This document shows, in pieces, positions 37,161-41,225 of a DNA stretch of 41,225 nucleotides; the first letter of the stretch is position 1; the number at the start of each line of letters is the position of its first letter. The notes under the pieces were generated by a model. That model saw nothing but the letters and a program-made list of their open reading frames with translations, ran no database searches and was not told the DNA's origin. The DNA comes from Octopus sinensis (Eukaryota). The stretch is taken from NCBI RefSeq assembly GCF_006345805.1, contig NW_021831674.1:1-41225 (forward strand). Reading direction: 5' to 3'. The translations under genes were made by a program, and so were the position numbers.

Positions 37161-37467
37161 ATACAAAAGCATGTTTTGTTAGGATTCCTCCAATCTAACT
37201 TGTAAAACAAAAATTTACGCAAAAAAATCTCAGTAAACAAATAAATAAATAAATAAATACGATGCTGTTAATAATTGTTTCTAATCTGGGTTCAGTGTTG
37301 TTGCTGATTAATTGGCCCCCAATATTTGACTGGTATTTTTATTTTAACATCCGTTAAAGGTAAACCTGACATCGTTGGGGTTTGAAACTTGTACATAAAG
37401 TGCCGAAAGAAGTATTTCTTTTGAGCCTGAGTTTTTTCTTTCTAACGATTCTATCAAACTAGTAGTA

Positions 37468-37518
<51 letters not shown>

Positions 37519-37529
37519 CAGTAGTAGTA

Positions 37530-37743
37530 TTTTCTACTATAGGCATTTTGCTTGAAATTTTTGGGGGAAGGAGCAAGTTGATTACATCAACCCCATAACT
37601 TAATTGGTACTTAATTTATCGTCCCCGAAAGGATGAAAGGCAAAGTCGACCTCGGTGGAATTTGAACTCACAACGTAGCAACAGGCAAAATACTGCTAAG
37701 CATTCCGTCCAGCGTACTAATGATTCTGCCAGTTCACCGCCTC
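37530..37743 (-). mobile_element. SINE family A
   Basis: ccccgaaaggatgaaaggcaaagtcgacctcggtggaatttgaactc..gattctgccagttcaccgcc. Confidence 0.85.
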
Positions 37744-37842
<99 letters not shown>

Positions 37843-38278
37843 CAATACCACAGATTTGCTTGTCAGTTGTTTGACCTTAACCAGTTGAGCATGTCCCTTA
37901 GTGGCTGACGATATGTGCATCTCTGATCACGAGCAGAAGTAGTGGGGGAGCATCATAGCCATGTGTTGAGAGGGATTCTTTGGGGTTTGAATAATTCACC
38001 TCTGGAAACATGGGTGGTTCTTTCAACATCCTTAAAAACCCTTATTCAGGGACCTTTTGAGCGGGATGGGCTACTCAACCTGAAGAAAATTCTAACTGGG
38101 CCCCACCTGCAAGGTCATGTGCTGTTTACCTTGATATGAGATCACCATGTTGCGCACATATGGTTGTGATGCATGTGCCTGGTGTACCCTTATCAGACAG
38201 GTAGTCATGATGGGTATATTGGGCTTGGTATATTTTACCCCAGTGTCACTTTGATGGCATGCACTGCTCTCTCACTCA
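37843..38278 (+). mobile_element. family C repeat, 5'-truncated
   Basis: Starts mid-element relative to the 38410 copy; (TAA)n on both sides. Confidence 0.85.
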
Positions 38279-38356
38279 TAATAATAATAATAATAATAAT
38301 AATATAATAATAATAATAATGATAATAATAATAATAACAACAACAACAACAACAAC

Positions 38357-38409
<53 letters not shown>

Positions 38410-38411
<2 letters not shown>

Positions 38412-38960
38412 GCCCTGATGCAGTACCAGGCAGTGGCTCTCATGGCTTCTGATCTTAACTGATTGGAGAAGTTATCATGTACATTGTTTTGTCTTGGTAT
38501 AAAAGATGGGCTACAGCAAATATTCTGCTCAATATCACAGATTTGCTTGTCAGTTGTTTGACCTTACCAGTTGAGCATGTCCCTTAGTGGCTGACGATAT
38601 GTGCATCTCTGATCACGAGCAGAAGTAGTGGGGGAGCATCATAGCCATGTGTTGAGAGGGATGCTTGGGGTTTGAATAGTTCACCTCTGGAAACATGGGT
38701 GGTTCTTTCAACATCCTTAAACAACCCTTATTCGGGGACCGTTTGAGCGGGATGGGCTACTCAACCTGAAGAAAATTCAAACTGGGCCCCATCTGCAAGG
38801 TCATGTGCTGTTTATCTTGATATGAGATCACCATGTCGCGCACTATGGTTGTGATGCATGTGCCTGGTGTACCTTTATCAGACGGGTAGTCATGATGGGT
38901 ATATGGGCTTCGTATATTTTACCCCAGTGTCACTTTGATGGTATGAACTGCTCTCTCATC
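38410..38960 (+). mobile_element. family C repeat, longest copy
   Basis: atgccctgatgcagtaccaggcagtggc..actgctctctcatc, then (AAT)n. Confidence 0.85.
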
Positions 38961-38996
<36 letters not shown>

Positions 38997-39031
38997 AATA
39001 TAATAATAATAATAATAATAATAATTAATAA

Positions 39032-39062
<31 letters not shown>

Positions 39063-39260
39063 AAGAGGAGGAGGAGGAGGAAGAAGAAAAAGAAGGAAGG
39101 AAGGAAGGAAGAGAATAAGAATGATCAAACGATGACGACGACGATGGCGATGATGATGATGGTAATGACCTTTTCTTTGCCTGAACAGAGGTCAGTAAAA
39201 AAAAGAATATATTTACAATAATAGAAAGACGACGGAGAAAGGGAGATTAATATAAACACA

Positions 39261-39767
39261 CTAGCAGTATCGCCCGGCGTTGCTCGGGTTTGTAAGGGAA
39301 ATAACTATATAAGCATTTTTAGAGAGTTACTTCCCTTTTAGATGCCAATTCGGGCTTTCTTAGCCATTTTGTTGGTGTCTTCAAGCCATGAAGTCGTTGT
39401 TCTAAAAGAACGCTGGTCTCCTTGACAACGCTTTACGACGTTGATTTCCTTACACTCCCTTCCCCACAGCTTCACGAGGGAGGGAGAAGGGGGAGAAGCA
39501 AACAGGTGCAGGGTGACCATGGACGCCAACTCCGCCGCCATCGACACACGAAAAAGTATGCATTAAAATGGAATAAAAAATGATGTTAATTATTTTTAAA
39601 ATCGTAGACTCATCGTAGACGCGCGCTAATACTCAGACAGGCTTGATATGAATCACGACTATAAGATACCCGAATTTGGTTAAACTGCACCGCAAAATGT
39701 GGGAGTAGTTAGGAATCTAAATCGAAGGGGACAGACACTCACACAACTACAGTTTTATATATATAGA
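39261..39767 (-). mobile_element. non-autonomous Helitron
   Basis: Minus strand A|TCTATATATATAAAA..cccgagcaacgccggg hairpin..CTAG|T: canonical TC start, subterminal GC hairpin, CTAG end, A/T target and no TSD. Confidence 0.9.
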
Positions 39768-39958
39768 TATGCAAAAAACGATCAATACCAAGAAACAAGA
39801 AAATATTAGTCACAAACCATTTCCAGTAGGGGTAGAGACAACAAAACCCCGAGTGGGGAGGGTGAACGTGAAATCCAACTAACCCTGAATCAACTTACAG
39901 TGTATGTCAAGTGCTCGTCTCACCTCCGTACATTCATCCTACGGGTACATATTTTGTG

Positions 39959-40337
39959 CGTGGAGGCGCAATGGCCCAGTGGTTAGGGCAGCGGACTCGC
40001 GGTCATAGGATCGCGGTTTCGATTCCCAGACCGGGCGTTGTGAGTGTTTATTGAGCGAAAACACCTAAAAAGCTCCACGAGGCTCCGGTAGGGGCTGGTT
40101 GATCCCTGCTGTACTCTTTCACCACAACTTTCTCTCACTCTTCTTTCCTGTTTCTGTTGTACCTGAATTTCAAGGGGCGGCCTTGTCACTCTCTGTGTCA
40201 CTGATATCCCCGAGAACTACGTTAAGGGTGCACGTGTCTGTGGAGTGCTCAGCCACTTACACGTTAATTTCACGAGCAGGCTGTCCGTTGATTCGGATCA
40301 ACCGGACCCTCATCGTCGTAACCGACGGATTGCTTCC
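39959..40337 (+). mobile_element. young tRNA-derived SINE with 11-bp TSD
   Basis: A box TGGCCCAGTGG, B box GTTTCGATTCC, CpG-rich; TSD catattttgtg at 39948-39958 and 40338-40348. Confidence 0.9.
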
Positions 40338-40490
40338 CATATTTTGTGTAAGACGCTTTCTCTATCTATATTCATTCAATACATACCGAAGGACTGAAGG
40401 AAATTTCTGCCGTGCTGCCATTCAACACAAGCAAAAGAACATAAGCTCGGAGTGAAATAACGAGAGGATCTAACGAACGGCTTATTTAAA

Positions 40491-40568
40491 GAATCCCCTG
40501 AAGAGGCACATTTTATACCTTGGATGAATGATAAACATTACACAGTGTCGAAACACTTGTAATGATTT
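40491..40568 (+). ncRNA. hammerhead-like motif with intact core
   Basis: gaauccc-CUGAAGA-ggcac(35-nt loop)guguc-GAAA-CA(CU)UG-UA-augauuu; the two core-proximal stem I pairs are mismatched. Confidence 0.55.
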
Positions 40569-40696
40569 TCAACTAAAGAATAGCGTTCATTCCATTTTTT
40601 ATCATTTATATATTTATAAAAACTATACGGGTACTATGCAATTCCTGATGTATATCCAGTAGCGGGAACATTTCCACTGATTGATGATATATATAT

Positions 40697-40899
40697 ATTC
40701 TTTTACTTGTTTCATTCATTTGACTGCAGCCATGCTGGAGCACCGCATTTAGTCAAACAAATCGACCCTAGTACTTATTCTTCGTAAGCCTGCTACTTAT
40801 TCTATCGGTCTCTTTTGCCGAACCTCAAATACACCAACATCGGTTGTTAAGTGATCGCGAGAGGGGGGACAAACGCAGACACACAAATGCACACACATC

Positions 40900-40933
<34 letters not shown>

Positions 40934-41172
40934 TGTATGTATGTATGTATGTATGTATGTATGCATGCATGCATGTATGTATGGTAGTATCTATCTATCT
41001 ATCTATTTAGTAGGGGCTTCTTTCAGCTTCTATCGCGAAATCCAGTCACAAGGATTTGGTCGGCTCGAAGCTATAGTAGAAGACACTTGTCCAAAGTGCC
41101 ACTCAGTGGGACTGAACCAGAACCATGTAGTTGGGAAGCAAGCTTCTTACCACTCAGCTACTCCAGCGCCTA
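40697..41172 (-). mobile_element. full-length SINE family B
   Basis: Tail, (GTAT)n linker and head ending cttaccactcagctactccagcgcc. Confidence 0.85.
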
Positions 41173-41225
41173 TATATATATATATACATGCATATAATTA
41201 TACACACGCGAACACACACAAGATA

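Overview
AT-rich, microsatellite-saturated animal genomic DNA. The tRNA-derived SINE families and repeat style strongly suggest an octopus (coleoid cephalopod) intron or intergenic region. No intact host protein-coding gene can be supported; nearly all ORF-track entries are translations of (TA)n, (TAA)n, (CAT)n, (CAC)n or (CT)n repeats. The recognisable content is a transposon graveyard: four decayed R4/Dong-type RLE non-LTR retrotransposon 3' fragments, a Penelope-like element (PLE) RT remnant, an internally deleted Tc1/mariner element, a non-autonomous Helitron, a Helentron-associated element, several MITEs/foldbacks and more than 20 SINE pieces. The most interesting signal is a dispersed set of about eight minimal type-I hammerhead-ribozyme-like motifs, mostly in short PLE-terminus-like modules next to (TA)n. 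One has a compensatory A3-U8 core pair. Also notable: a non-coding ~530-bp element family found only in (TAA)n, a SINE with five tandem A-box heads, a pre-miRNA-like hairpin and a TATA+Inr promoter candidate. All calls were made by eye; family names and many boundaries are approximate.
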